From IMG/VR virus record IMGVR_UViG_3300027776_000001, positions 23,746-87,745 of that record: 64,000 nt of DNA. One strand, 5' to 3'. The notes below the pieces were generated by a model that saw only the letters and a program-made list of their open reading frames with translations, was not told the DNA's origin and ran no database searches. The stretch is from a virus. Lineage: Duplodnaviria > Heunggongvirae > Uroviricota > Caudoviricetes. This document shows positions 28,024 to 37,734 of this stretch, in pieces (position 1 is the first letter of the stretch; each line of letters opens with the position of its first letter). A program made the translations under genes and the position numbers.

Positions 28024-28064
28024 GGTGCTTCCCTTGTTGAGGTTTAACGTTTAACGTTACAGCT

Positions 28065-28093
28065 ATTCTAGAGCTTTAAAACAGGGCTGTCAA
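28065..28093 (-). promoter_or_regulatory. sigma70-like promoter TTGACA-17-TAGAAT
   Basis: minus strand TTGACAGCCCTGTTTTAAAGCTCTAGAAT. Confidence 0.4.
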
Positions 28094-28098
28094 GGGGG

Positions 28099-28290
28099 TT
28101 AGTAGCCGAGCCATGCCTCAACAGCTTCTAGGGTGGCTGGAATGACTTCTGAGCGTGTTACAGCACGGTACATACCATCGCCCGGAACAGACCACAGGCC
28201 AGTAACGATCAATGTACCATCTCCACCATCTTTAGCACTGCAATTATCATGGCTGTTGACGAAAGAAATGAGGCTATCAATGCGGGACAT
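28099..28290 (-). CDS. hypothetical protein
   Basis: 63 aa ORF. Confidence 0.3.
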   Translation of the reverse strand: MSRIDSLISFVNSHDNCSAKDGGDGTLIVTGLWSVPGDGMYRAVTRSEVIPATLEAVEAWLGY

Positions 28291-28463
28291 GGCGAGATTC
28301 CTTAGTGTTGTCTGTCTTACTGATCAATTTCGCTGGTAAGCTTCGCTGGTCTTCCCTATCATCTTCCATCCGCACTGTACTAGTGCCACTGTACTAGTGC
28401 CATTGGGCTTGAATCAGGTTCTTTCCTGCGACAGACATATAGTCTCACGCCTAGAATTTGCTG

Positions 28464-28763
28464 TCAAGCATTCTTTTCGGCATTTTCTGCCAGCACTATA
28501 GCCTCACGATACTTAGCTAGCATCATTTCGTAAGTGGTATTGTCGTCGTCGTTAAACTCAGGCCATTCGGAAAACAGCATTTCCAGAATAATACCTTTAT
28601 TCTCACGACTATAACCTAAGCGTTCCATTACACGCGAGACATTCAAGCAAATGCCTCTTTCTTTACAACTCGGCCCAGTAGTAGAAACCTGTTGCAAGGC
28701 TACAAGGACATGCTTCAAATCTCGGATAGGTACATTTTCCATGTCAATCCCCCCTGTTTTCAA
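28464..28763 (-). CDS. hypothetical protein, paralog family X (EFND..NTT..RAI.L.EN C-terminus)
   Basis: 99 aa; C-terminus EWPEFNDDDNTTYEMMLAKYREAIVLAEN similar to 28744..29118 and 44362..44730. Confidence 0.35.
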   Translation of the reverse strand: MKTGGIDMENVPIRDLKHVLVALQQVSTTGPSCKERGICLNVSRVMERLGYSRENKGIILEMLFSEWPEFNDDDNTTYEMMLAKYREAIVLAENAEKNA

Positions 28764-29118
28764 CTAGAGCAATTGCTCGGTCAAACAATGCCATAATATC
28801 ATTGTGTGTAGTATTTGGGCTATCGTTAAATTCAGGAATACTATTCCCCCAGTAAGCAGCAGGTAAGGAACGCTCCAAGGCAGCGCGGGCAAATTTATAA
28901 CCTATCCACTCGATATTATTATTGTAATCTTCCTGTTTATATACATTCCTCATTGCGCCCATTGTACAAAAACATTCAGCTTCCGGGTGAGTAGGGTCGC
29001 ATCCAACACCATAAGAAGTCTTAGCAAACTCTCCCCTGATCCATTTTTCAGGTGTATCAATCAAAGCCCTAGCTGCTTTCAGATGTTCGCTTGTTTTCAT
29101 TTCAGTATTCCCTTTCAC
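28744..29118 (-). CDS. hypothetical protein, paralog family X
   Basis: 124 aa; LKAARALIDTPEKWIRG..CFC..GA..PEFNDSPNTTHNDIMALFDRAIALVEN aligns with 44362..44730. Confidence 0.4.
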   Translation of the reverse strand: MKGNTEMKTSEHLKAARALIDTPEKWIRGEFAKTSYGVGCDPTHPEAECFCTMGAMRNVYKQEDYNNNIEWIGYKFARAALERSLPAAYWGNSIPEFNDSPNTTHNDIMALFDRAIALVENRGD

Positions 29119-29309
29119 AGCTCAGGCTGACGATTGCATTCGTAATTGAAGCAATAGAATAGCGCCGCCTCTTCACAAAAGCCAACAGCTAGTAAAGCAT
29201 TGACTAGGTTCATATGATTATTGTAGTGCGCTTCAATAGCGCCCGGAATGTGCATAAATTCGAGAGTCATGTTTGCTTCTCCAGATGTGTTGCGTTGTTC
29301 GATGGACAA
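29115..29309 (-). CDS. hypothetical protein
   Basis: 64 aa ORF. Confidence 0.3.
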   Translation of the reverse strand: MSIEQRNTSGEANMTLEFMHIPGAIEAHYNNHMNLVNALLAVGFCEEAALFYCFNYECNRQPEL

Positions 29310-29373
29310 ATATTCTCACACCTAGAGAAGCCTTGCAAGCGTTTTGTGTAGCTTGCTACTACCGTTCATCGGT

Positions 29374-29742
29374 TCAGGATTCAGGCCGCACAATCAAGCT
29401 TTCTATCAGCCACTCTAGCAGCTCCCAGCGCAACAGACCGTATTCTGTGGTCTTGTTCCACATAGAGCTAGAATATGATGCTATATTGTATTCTTGTTCA
29501 GCCCCCTTCATGCTACCGGGAATAGGGTATTCTGTAACCCCGCTAAACTTAGGCCATTGTACAAACATGTCTTTAAGCTTTTCTTTTAAGAGGAAACTAA
29601 TACTGCTTCCATAACCCCATTGTAAGCGACAAACATGCACCGACCAGCACAGCCCATTATGGTGCTGTCGGAAATGACTACAAGAATAAATCTCTTCCAG
29701 TAGGCTTAGTAGTATTGCAGAAATTTGGCGTTCAGTGTTCAT
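29374..29742 (-). CDS. hypothetical protein
   Basis: 122 aa ORF. Confidence 0.3.
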   Translation of the reverse strand: MNTERQISAILLSLLEEIYSCSHFRQHHNGLCWSVHVCRLQWGYGSSISFLLKEKLKDMFVQWPKFSGVTEYPIPGSMKGAEQEYNIASYSSSMWNKTTEYGLLRWELLEWLIESLIVRPES

Positions 29743-29960
29743 TGGTTATTCTCCTTAATCACAATCAGGCGTTTAGCCCCTTCGCACACCACTACCACTT
29801 CATCCATATGTTTCTGGCCGGCTGTGCCATTCTGTACGAACCAGATAGGACAACCCACAACTTCGCTATCGATATAGCCCGGATCAGCCATAATATCAAC
29901 GTAAGGGGCTGGCATGCCAAGCGAGGCCATAAGGCTAATCAGGAAGATTAGTGTGTTCAC
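29739..29960 (-). CDS. hypothetical secreted/membrane-anchored small protein
   Basis: 73 aa; N-terminal hydrophobic signal-like segment MNTLIFLISLMASLGMPAPY. Confidence 0.3.
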   Translation of the reverse strand: MNTLIFLISLMASLGMPAPYVDIMADPGYIDSEVVGCPIWFVQNGTAGQKHMDEVVVVCEGAKRLIVIKENNQ

Positions 29961-30151
29961 TACTTACCCTCCTTGAAGAAGGTTTCATACTGATAGCTGA
30001 ATGTCCCCCATGGCATTTCAATCTCTGCCATCTTTTCTTGCTGGTATTCAGCATAAAGGCGTGTATTGATTTCTTCTTCCACAGCCTTTTCACACACGTC
30101 AAGAGGGACGTTGGCATTCAGAATAAGGCAAGTGACAAGCATATTCAACAT
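29960..30151 (-). CDS. hypothetical protein
   Basis: 63 aa ORF. Confidence 0.3.
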   Translation of the reverse strand: MLNMLVTCLILNANVPLDVCEKAVEEEINTRLYAEYQQEKMAEIEMPWGTFSYQYETFFKEGK

Positions 30152-30308
30152 GATGTTTTCCTTTAGTTAGGGTAGGGCTTATCAGCCCCAAATAATCCCG
30201 TTATCTTCAATTAGCAAGTGATTGCTAACACCTTTTCCTAGAGTATCACAAACAACAACGCAGAACAACATAGTCTTGCTTGGATGTGGGAAACGTTGCG
30301 GCATGCTA

Positions 30309-30446
30309 TTATCCCTCAATCTTGTTCATCTGTTGCTCTATCTGAGCATGGCGCTTGCTGATTTGGCTGTCTGCAGCACTTGCCAGCATCATACCAACAG
30401 CGGCGACACTTGCGAAAACCAGAACAATGCTAAGAACCTTTGCCAT
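30309..30446 (-). CDS. hypothetical 45-aa single-pass membrane peptide
   Basis: MAKVLSIVLVFASVAAVGMMLASAADSQISKRHAQIEQQMNKIEG; AAGGGG RBS; below ORF-track size cutoff. Confidence 0.3.
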   Translation of the reverse strand: MAKVLSIVLVFASVAAVGMMLASAADSQISKRHAQIEQQMNKIEG

Positions 30447-30941
30447 TTTACTACCCCTTGTTAGCTGCTGCTAAGACCGTTGCGCTGTGTTCCGCGCTTC
30501 CATGAACATCACTATACGCGAGTATTTGAGAGTTGCCAACATATTTTTAGATTTATTTTCTAACGTTTGTTGCTGGCTGCTTAGAAAGAAACGGGCGCGC
30601 ATGCGTAGCAAGAACCATGCCAACATATGATGCAAAAACATGTTGCGCGAGTCGGATTGTTCCTGTAGTATGGCGCTTGTTGTATGTATGTATGTACGGT
30701 ATAGACTAGGTGCCTTGCACTCTTCGGAGTGGAGCGGCAGAAGGGAGCGACGGCGTTAAAAACGTGTAGCACGCTACTATTGGCACAGTTTTTGCTTTAG
30801 CTACTCGATAGCTTTTGACTATTACCTTTCGTTTTCTGACGAACGGTAGGGGCTTCCGTGCGCTTCCTGCCTATATGCGAATGAGAGCAATTCTCATTTG
30901 AAGAGGGAATTATTATATAATTCTGCTCCGTATTTTCGATG

Positions 30942-30966
30942 GCATACTTTTCGGTATGCTTTCTTC
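30942..30966 (+). terminator. terminator-like hairpin in 700-bp non-coding region
   Basis: GCATAC-ttttcg-GTATGC followed by TTTCTTCC. Confidence 0.3.
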
Positions 30967-31169
30967 CTAGAATATATTTTCAATTTGACCAACTAGGGCC
31001 ACCACTCACACTCACAAGGGCAAATACCCCCTACGTCGTTTTCGGAACCCTTTGGGCTAGGTAATTCTGCCATATAGGGGCTTGGGCTGGCCGTAGAATA
31101 TGCCCGCCGCTGTGTGGGGTATAGACGTAATAAAAGCCCATCCTAATATTTCAAGGAATGGGCTAATTT

Positions 31170-31520
31170 TCACTGATTATCTTGTGTGTAGTATATCTTA
31201 AGAGATTGAGGAGTAAGCCATCCGAGAAGTCTCCATCCTCCAGCCATTCCATAAGAGCCATCTGCTAGCAGCTTCCACTTCTTTGCATGCTCCAAGGCTT
31301 CTTCTTTATTAAGAAACTCACCCTCATTGGTGAGAAATCCCTCTTCATACCCTTCAACAAAGTTGTTGTATTCTTGCTCACGAACATGCTGGAGTATAAC
31401 ACTCCAATCTTTTGTAAAACGATCTAAAAAGAATATATCTGTTGAAGATAAATCCTTGAGAGCCATTCGTGTAATCTGTACACAATGGTCTTCCTCATTT
31501 AGAGATATTTGTCGGGCCAT
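31170..31520 (-). CDS. hypothetical protein
   Basis: 116 aa ORF. Confidence 0.35.
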   Translation of the reverse strand: MARQISLNEEDHCVQITRMALKDLSSTDIFFLDRFTKDWSVILQHVREQEYNNFVEGYEEGFLTNEGEFLNKEEALEHAKKWKLLADGSYGMAGGWRLLGWLTPQSLKIYYTQDNQ

Positions 31521-31945
31521 TATTTACTCTCCTTTTCAATTGACCAAGAGTGTGTTCCTTTGATCTTATCGACTTTCTTTTTAGCAATGAACACATGCAC
31601 TGGCTTATTCAGTGAACGCATATAGTCAATCATCCCCTTAGTTCCATTAGATTTTCCATCCCATATGGCAAGCAATACATCTGCATAGTCCCCCATTTGA
31701 CGGTTGCGAATATGACCAGCAGCCTTGCCATGCTTGTTCCAGTCAGCAGGAAATCGCTTTATTTTCCAGCCATATTTACATGCAATGTACTCCGCATGCT
31801 GATCAGGGCCAGTAGCCATGCCTGTAACAATCTCAAAATCTGGTGATTCTGTGTCCACAATGTTATCACATTCTAGGTTGAATATTGCCTCATCTGTTAC
31901 TGTCCAGTCTGAGATTTGCCGACTGCCTGCTACGATTAATTTCAT
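31520..31945 (-). CDS. DUF2493/SLOG-family Rossmann-fold protein
   Basis: MKLIVAGSR..GMATGPDQHAEYIA..GKSNGTKGMIDY pattern; ATG 31945 with AGGAGG RBS. Confidence 0.45.
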   Translation of the reverse strand: MKLIVAGSRQISDWTVTDEAIFNLECDNIVDTESPDFEIVTGMATGPDQHAEYIACKYGWKIKRFPADWNKHGKAAGHIRNRQMGDYADVLLAIWDGKSNGTKGMIDYMRSLNKPVHVFIAKKKVDKIKGTHSWSIEKESK

Positions 31946-32006
31946 GAGTCCTCCTAAATTGTTGATTTTTAAGGTGATTTGAATATTTTTGACAAAACAG
32001 CCCACC

Positions 32007-32723
32007 CTACTTCAAAATATCTACTATAACAGAGTTAAACTTTGGTTTACGGTTAGCGATTTCGACTCGTTCTATCCCTCTGGCAACATTGGTCGGTAAG
32101 TTTTTATGTGCAATCATAATTTCAACCTCTTCTTCTGAGAAGTGTAGCTTATTTAAATGATAGTTGTGCGAGGTTCCTGAAGTTACGTGTAGAACCCTGT
32201 TACCCTGTCCAGACCCTATGTAAACAATCTCATCATTGTATTTAACAAAATACACATAGCTTCTGTCTCCAACATCTAAGCTTGACGGGCTTTTTAGCTT
32301 CTCTCCGATTTCTTTAGCAGTTAAGTCACCATCCTCTGTACGAAATGCATAACCAAACCTAGAACTAAATCCAATAATTGTACCGTGTTCAGTTATTTCT
32401 CCAATCCTGCTCGCAGTTTTAGGAGACAAAAATTGACCAGACCACCCGCTGTAGAAATTCTCGGGTTTAATGAATGAACTATAAGACTGCTTTTCTCGGT
32501 CGTAGTAGGTAATTCCAAACCTTTCAGAAACATAAATTATCTCTAAATTCTTGAAGTTTTCGTACCTGTTAACATAGGTAGTGGCTCTAGTGGAATTAAT
32601 CGTTTCTATTTCTTCGCCGCTCCTAACCTCTACATCGAAACAAGAATTCACCTTCTCCACTACCCACTCTTTGCCTTTGTACAATAATCTGTCACCAGCT
32701 TTTACTCTACATCTATTGCCCAT
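32007..32723 (-). CDS. GIY-YIG nuclease domain protein (domain C-terminal)
   Basis: YVYFVKYNDEIVYIGSGQGNRVLHVTSG...EEVEI motif near C-terminus of 238 aa protein. Confidence 0.45.
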   Translation of the reverse strand: MGNRCRVKAGDRLLYKGKEWVVEKVNSCFDVEVRSGEEIETINSTRATTYVNRYENFKNLEIIYVSERFGITYYDREKQSYSSFIKPENFYSGWSGQFLSPKTASRIGEITEHGTIIGFSSRFGYAFRTEDGDLTAKEIGEKLKSPSSLDVGDRSYVYFVKYNDEIVYIGSGQGNRVLHVTSGTSHNYHLNKLHFSEEEVEIMIAHKNLPTNVARGIERVEIANRKPKFNSVIVDILK

Positions 32724-33067
32724 TACACTTCCCTCACTAAATACCTGCCATACGGAACAATATCAGCAGCAGCATACTTGTCAAGTATCCACTCGATAAT
32801 GCTATGATCCTCGATTTTGTGGGATTTAGTACTAATATACTCATATACCCACCCTTTGCCTAATACGCCCCATTCCCCAAAACACTTCAGTTTACTAGGG
32901 ATTTTAGCCCAGTTTAGCTCTACAGGATAGTTAAGCAACCCTACTGCCAAGTCCTTAATCTGAGAGCGTTTGATGATGAAATACTCCACGTTATCCACTG
33001 TTTCTATGGGGAAGTTTGCCTTGCCTATGTTGTAGCTCATCAGTTCTACCATTGTGTCTCCTACCAA
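32723..33067 (-). CDS. hypothetical protein
   Basis: 114 aa ORF. Confidence 0.3.
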   Translation of the reverse strand: MVGDTMVELMSYNIGKANFPIETVDNVEYFIIKRSQIKDLAVGLLNYPVELNWAKIPSKLKCFGEWGVLGKGWVYEYISTKSHKIEDHSIIEWILDKYAAADIVPYGRYLVREV

Positions 33068-33474
33068 GTGATTTCTAGAATAACGGTGTAATAACTTTCA
33101 GTAGGGAAACTTTTTACGCCATACCCTAATTCCCTGAGTCTATTAATACATGTATTAATAACCCCGTTACTTGCATCAAGTTGATATGATACGTATGGTT
33201 GTATGCCCATAGCACAACTGTTGTTAATGGTCTCTAGAATAGGTTCCAGATGATTCTTCAGAACCACTTGATCATACTTTTCACGAGCCTGAGCAGCAGT
33301 AGTGAGAGGTTCGTCGTTAAGTAGCCATGTACCAGAGGCAATTAAAGCATTGGCTTCGCTCAAAGAGTAAGAGGCTGACCCAAAAGTGTAGTGAAAATCA
33401 TGCCGACCTGTTTTCTCCGTTTGGTAATTAAACCTGAATTGCCTACCAATGAGTTGTTCTTTCGTGTATTGCAT
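33061..33474 (-). CDS. hypothetical protein
   Basis: 137 aa ORF. Confidence 0.3.
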   Translation of the reverse strand: MQYTKEQLIGRQFRFNYQTEKTGRHDFHYTFGSASYSLSEANALIASGTWLLNDEPLTTAAQAREKYDQVVLKNHLEPILETINNSCAMGIQPYVSYQLDASNGVINTCINRLRELGYGVKSFPTESYYTVILEITW

Positions 33475-33541
33475 TTGTGTCTCCTATTCTAGAGAAAAGC
33501 CCCTAACCATTTCTGGCATAGGGGCTTGTAGAAAATATCGC

Positions 33542-34510
33542 TTAGGCCAGTTCAAGCAAGCTGGTGTAAGCTTGTTGCTTCATCTTGTCATCAATCATGC
33601 TCTTCCACAGTTGGCTCGAAGGGCTGCTCTTACGACCTTGCTGGAAGCCGTGTGTACCAGCGTTAGTGATGGCATTCAGAACACCCCAAGCAGTACCGTA
33701 TGCTTCCATAGCACCTGCCCCGTTTGTGTACAGCCCTGCAAGTTCCTCAACACGATTCTTTGCAGTGGTGGATGCATCATCTTCACCCTTGTTACCGAGA
33801 ATAGTTTGACGGAAGAATTCGTATGCTTGCTCTTCATTCATCTTGATATTGGAAAGCTTCTCACAATTTGTCTTGAACTCAGCCCAGCCAGAATCCAGCA
33901 AGCCCATGTCAATCTTCACTTGCTTAGGGTTCCAAGCGCTCTTGTGGCTCACCTTGATCAAGGATTGTTTAGTACCGTTCTGGCTCAATTGCAGGGTGTT
34001 CATGCATACAACTCGGGTACTGGTGAAGTAGGCCTGAGTTGCCATAGTGCCATCAATGCTAGTAACCAGCAGAAGATTACCAAACACTTCATCATGACCA
34101 TTGAGCTTGAACTCGTTGCCAGTCTCTGCCAAAGCGAAGAAGCGCTTACCACCAAACAATGTACCTGCAGTGGACATTTTCAAGTCATGCAGACGCAGCA
34201 GGTCATCAAAGAAGCCAAGCACATCAGCAGGCTGTACCACTTGGAAGCCGCTACCAACAACGCTCATAGGCTGTAGCGTATCCGAACGGAACAACACCTT
34301 ATGACTTTGGAAGGAAGCTTGGTCTTGACCATTATCGTATGTAACAACACTGTCCTTAGCTTCCCAGTCCATTCCAGCAGCAACACGCCAATCTTCCAAG
34401 GAAGCACCTTCCTGCATTTCTTGGCCAAGACCGTGCCAAATGTTGTGACGCTCACCCAGAAAGGCGAATTCAGCGATACCATTTTCACGGATAGTCAGTT
34501 GATGTGCCAT
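33542..34510 (-). CDS. DUF932-like phage/plasmid-associated protein
   Basis: 322 aa; overall resemblance to the widespread phage/plasmid DUF932 family (from memory, not searchable here). Confidence 0.35.
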   Translation of the reverse strand: MAHQLTIRENGIAEFAFLGERHNIWHGLGQEMQEGASLEDWRVAAGMDWEAKDSVVTYDNGQDQASFQSHKVLFRSDTLQPMSVVGSGFQVVQPADVLGFFDDLLRLHDLKMSTAGTLFGGKRFFALAETGNEFKLNGHDEVFGNLLLVTSIDGTMATQAYFTSTRVVCMNTLQLSQNGTKQSLIKVSHKSAWNPKQVKIDMGLLDSGWAEFKTNCEKLSNIKMNEEQAYEFFRQTILGNKGEDDASTTAKNRVEELAGLYTNGAGAMEAYGTAWGVLNAITNAGTHGFQQGRKSSPSSQLWKSMIDDKMKQQAYTSLLELA

Positions 34511-34555
34511 GTTTGCTTCTCCTTAAGTTAGACAGCGTTTGCTGCGATGAAGTGA

Positions 34556-34583
34556 ATTATACATGACCCTCAGAGGCTGTCAA
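34556..34583 (-). promoter_or_regulatory. sigma70 promoter TTGACA-16-TATAAT
   Basis: minus strand TTGACAGCCTCTGAGGGTCATGTATAAT upstream of 34510 start. Confidence 0.5.
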
Positions 34584-34770
34584 GCAGTTTGTCCGTCTAA
34601 GGCCACCGATCACTGTGTACGCAGATGACAGGTTAAGCTGCTTCATGTTATCCATGTGCAACTCTGCAAACCCACGAGCTTCGGATTCTCCTGCAAATCC
34701 GCTTACAAGCGACATAGCTACGCTGCGTTCAGCTATGTTATCTGCTCCAGTTACTACAGTTATGTGAACA

Positions 34771-35064
34771 CTATACATGTTGTTTCCTTTCGTAAAAATA
34801 ATGGTAATCAGGCTCAAAGTCACCTTCCTTGGTAATAAGGTGAAAATCACCTGCATCTACGGGACGGCCTTTGGCTACACATACCCGATGAAATGTAGTA
34901 GGTTCCCATTCCTCTGGCTCAGGAAGAGCAGCCATCACCACTATTGGTTTATTGAAGAGTTCCTTCATGTGAAGTATCTCAGCATCTTTTGGGATACTGA
35001 TACTGCAAGTTCCATTAGGATTTTCTTTACACTTCTGGAGGTTGTACTTAAAAATACGTTTCAT
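34771..35064 (-). CDS. hypothetical protein
   Basis: 97 aa ORF. Confidence 0.3.
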   Translation of the reverse strand: MKRIFKYNLQKCKENPNGTCSISIPKDAEILHMKELFNKPIVVMAALPEPEEWEPTTFHRVCVAKGRPVDAGDFHLITKEGDFEPDYHYFYERKQHV

Positions 35065-35396
35065 TGCAGTTCCTCTTTCATCGCAAGATCAATACATTCT
35101 CGCATAGTATCGCCCGCAATGGCAATAGCACCATACTTCCCGTAGTACTCAATACGATTGGCAAAAACCGAATTGCCCGGCAGGAATTTCACCCCGTATT
35201 GAATACAGAATTCAAGGCGCTGAGTGTCGAACATGTAGTTGTCGAAACTGATACCCTCTTCCTCCACAGGCTTAGGTGGAACGTCTTTTTCTCGGGTACT
35301 TGACCAGTCAATTCCATCATACCCCCTCTTGTATTCCTCAGAAGAGGCACCAGAATGCATCCGATCACCTGTAATTTCATTGACAGTAGTACTCAT
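35061..35396 (-). CDS. hypothetical protein
   Basis: 111 aa ORF. Confidence 0.3.
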   Translation of the reverse strand: MSTTVNEITGDRMHSGASSEEYKRGYDGIDWSSTREKDVPPKPVEEEGISFDNYMFDTQRLEFCIQYGVKFLPGNSVFANRIEYYGKYGAIAIAGDTMRECIDLAMKEELQ

Positions 35397-35577
35397 TATT
35401 CGCTCTCCGGCTTAAGAAGGTCTTGAAGTGCCTCCACCTCAGCGTCGAGAAGGAGGACAATTTGCTTAGCAATAATCACTTCAGGTACAGAACTAGCTGG
35501 ACTGAGGGAAACAGCAAAAGCCTTTGAAGATTCTTTCTTCAAGAATTCAATGTGTTTTTCAAGGTCTTTACGTAGAC

Positions 35578-35853
35578 TCACTTTACTTCTCCTTTGTGTT
35601 GTTTTACTAAAGAAATCAACTCACTAATATTAATGTGCATTGATTGCCAATCTTTGGCTTTTCTGTCTTCGTCAATTCTTTCAACCAGTAATTGGATTTT
35701 TGCCAAGGTGTTTTGCTGCTTTGACTCATGTACGGAGACAATGTTTGTTGCTGCCTCTAAAAAGTTCGTCCGATCAATATGGGTATTTACGTAAGCCCCA
35801 CAATGACTTTTGATGGCTATTTCCATAATTTCCTCATCAGTCAAATGTGTCAT
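35578..35853 (-). CDS. hypothetical protein
   Basis: 91 aa ORF. Confidence 0.3.
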   Translation of the reverse strand: MTHLTDEEIMEIAIKSHCGAYVNTHIDRTNFLEAATNIVSVHESKQQNTLAKIQLLVERIDEDRKAKDWQSMHINISELISLVKQHKGEVK

Positions 35854-36179
35854 TTCTCACCTCCATAGTATTGATGGGCAAGCTTACACTTCTCAAGTTC
35901 ATGTATCAAGCTTGTACGAAGAATTTCCATGTCTGCCTTTGTCTGACTCACTGCTACATCCCCTTCATGCATTGCCCTGCGAATATTGGAAGCAGAGATA
36001 GCTCGCTGTTCTTGGATTTTCTCCTCAACAAGCTTATCAAAGTTTGCCAACTTCTTCTCAATCTCAGGGATACGGGACTCTGCCACATGTATCTCCAGAT
36101 CGATAGCAGCCTTCCGACTATATAAGCTTTTGAGGCTAAGAATGAAGGGGATATACTTTTTAATCATAAACGCAGTCAT
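35850..36179 (-). CDS. hypothetical coiled-coil protein
   Basis: 109 aa ORF. Confidence 0.3.
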   Translation of the reverse strand: MTAFMIKKYIPFILSLKSLYSRKAAIDLEIHVAESRIPEIEKKLANFDKLVEEKIQEQRAISASNIRRAMHEGDVAVSQTKADMEILRTSLIHELEKCKLAHQYYGGEK

Positions 36180-36397
36180 TTGGCACCTTTTTGTTTTGTT
36201 AATAACTAGATTATTCCAGAATCACTTATGCTTGTCAAGCTCTTTCAAGTACACACCAAGGGTACAACTATGGAAAGAGCTATGGCAATACCGCCATGGA
36301 ACGCTGCACCCATTGTTTCCTTCCTGCGGAAATGGTAGCCAGCCGTGAAGGCATTAGCACTTGCCATAAGCATACCTAGTATAATAAGCCAGCTCAT

Positions 36398-36589
36398 TTA
36401 CACCTCCGTTTTGAATTCTTTTAATGTACCACAATGCTTACACTGTTGCACATATAGTGATCCAGTGGTGAGAAGTTCACATCTTACTCGACAATACCGA
36501 TGAATATCCCTATTAGTAAGAGTTTCCCATTGGTGCTGACAATCACGCCTGAAGTCCCCTACGATCAGCTTCCAAAGCCATGCAATCAT
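36398..36589 (-). CDS. hypothetical zinc-ribbon protein
   Basis: 63 aa; CQHQ...CRVRC...CKHC cysteine pairs. Confidence 0.3.
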   Translation of the reverse strand: MIAWLWKLIVGDFRRDCQHQWETLTNRDIHRYCRVRCELLTTGSLYVQQCKHCGTLKEFKTEV

Positions 36590-36591
36590 AA

Positions 36592-36813
36592 TTAATCTCC
36601 AAATTGGTTTTCGACTATTTGCGACATTTTCTGTAGAGCCGCAGCGAATTTGTTTGCTGGGTTGGCACGAGTGCCTAGCTCTCCTTCAATTTCCACAGGA
36701 TAAATACTATCCCTAGTCTGTACCAATACCAGATAAGCGTCTTCTACAGGATCATACAAAAGCTCTGCTCGTTCAGAGACGTATGGTCGGTGGATGTATG
36801 TAGCAACTATCAT
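36592..36813 (-). CDS. hypothetical protein
   Basis: 73 aa ORF. Confidence 0.3.
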   Translation of the reverse strand: MIVATYIHRPYVSERAELLYDPVEDAYLVLVQTRDSIYPVEIEGELGTRANPANKFAAALQKMSQIVENQFGD

Positions 36814-36859
36814 TTCGTTTCTCCAAAAGAAAAGGACATGAATCGATTATAAATTAGTC

Positions 36860-37435
36860 TCAATGCTTTGTCAACCTCACAGTGCCATGACGTTCTGTAT
36901 AGCCGTCTGGTAAGTTATCTTCCCTGAATTCTATCGCCAACCGCATGGCCTCCTCTTGGCCTAATTTACCTATATTAAATTTCTTCTGTATTTTCTTACC
37001 TGAATCTAGGTAAACTGTAGAAACGTAATACTTAGCGTGCCTGTTGTTGCAGTTTTTACCAGTATCTTGTAGATAAATGCCCACAGGTAATCCTGTATCT
37101 TTTGAACGAGCTTTATTTCTTGAGTTTATTTTATTAGTTTCTGCCCTTAAATTGTTTATGGAGTTATTTAAAGAATTACCATCAATGTGGTCTATGACTT
37201 TACTGCTGATTTCCTTGTTGAAAATTTCCGCAATTACTCTATGAACCATATAAAGTTTTCTTTTATATTGTACTTGCCAGTATTGTTTACCATGGTGGTC
37301 TGTGTGAATACAACCTGCCGGCGTATTCTTCTTAATTGACAAAATTGTTAATCCCTTGCCTGACCAAATATCAATAGCCCACCTCAGACAAGATGGACTT
37401 GTCTCATCATAATAAAAAATTTCATCCCACTTCAT
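36860..37435 (-). CDS. HNH homing endonuclease (HNH_3-type), paralog of 47927..48466 and 63741..64000
   Basis: FYYDETSPSCLRW N-terminal motif; VIDHIDGNSLNNSINNLR HNH motif; ATG 37435 with AGGAG RBS. Confidence 0.6.
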   Translation of the reverse strand: MKWDEIFYYDETSPSCLRWAIDIWSGKGLTILSIKKNTPAGCIHTDHHGKQYWQVQYKRKLYMVHRVIAEIFNKEISSKVIDHIDGNSLNNSINNLRAETNKINSRNKARSKDTGLPVGIYLQDTGKNCNNRHAKYYVSTVYLDSGKKIQKKFNIGKLGQEEAMRLAIEFREDNLPDGYTERHGTVRLTKH

Positions 37436-37476
37436 ATAATCTCCTTTAGGGGCTCCATTGGAGCCCCTATTTATTG

Positions 37477-37734
37477 TCAAGTGTTGTTTTGCTTGTTGTG
37501 GCGCTTCACTGCGTAGTCTAGACCCTTTGCAACCATAGAGATTACAAAGTATGCTCCAATAACAACAGGCCACAACGCCGTGGTTATAATAACCACCAGC
37601 ATAGCTCCACCGATTGCCTCTTCTTTTTCCTGACCCTTTTCATAGATATCTACAAGAGACTGATGAATCCAGTCCTTGCCATATATCAACCACACCACAG
37701 CCAGAATCAGTCCTATAGTGAGATAACCTAGCAT
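37477..37734 (-). CDS. hypothetical two-TM membrane protein (holin-like topology)
   Basis: 85 aa with two hydrophobic helices and charged C-terminus. Confidence 0.3.
   Translation of the reverse strand: MLGYLTIGLILAVVWLIYGKDWIHQSLVDIYEKGQEKEEAIGGAMLVVIITTALWPVVIGAYFVISMVAKGLDYAVKRHNKQNNT

Noticed and set aside
33449-34276. 275-aa plus-strand ORF antisense to the DUF932-like gene. Similar long antisense ORFs occur at 46074-46769 (opposite the SPFH gene), 54118-54753 (opposite the RNA ligase), 56521-56997 (opposite Pnkp) and 52415-52915.
   Set aside because: Each lies entirely within a stronger, motif-bearing gene on the other strand. Each has odd composition (Cys/Leu/His-rich) and lacks an RBS. 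They are treated as spurious.
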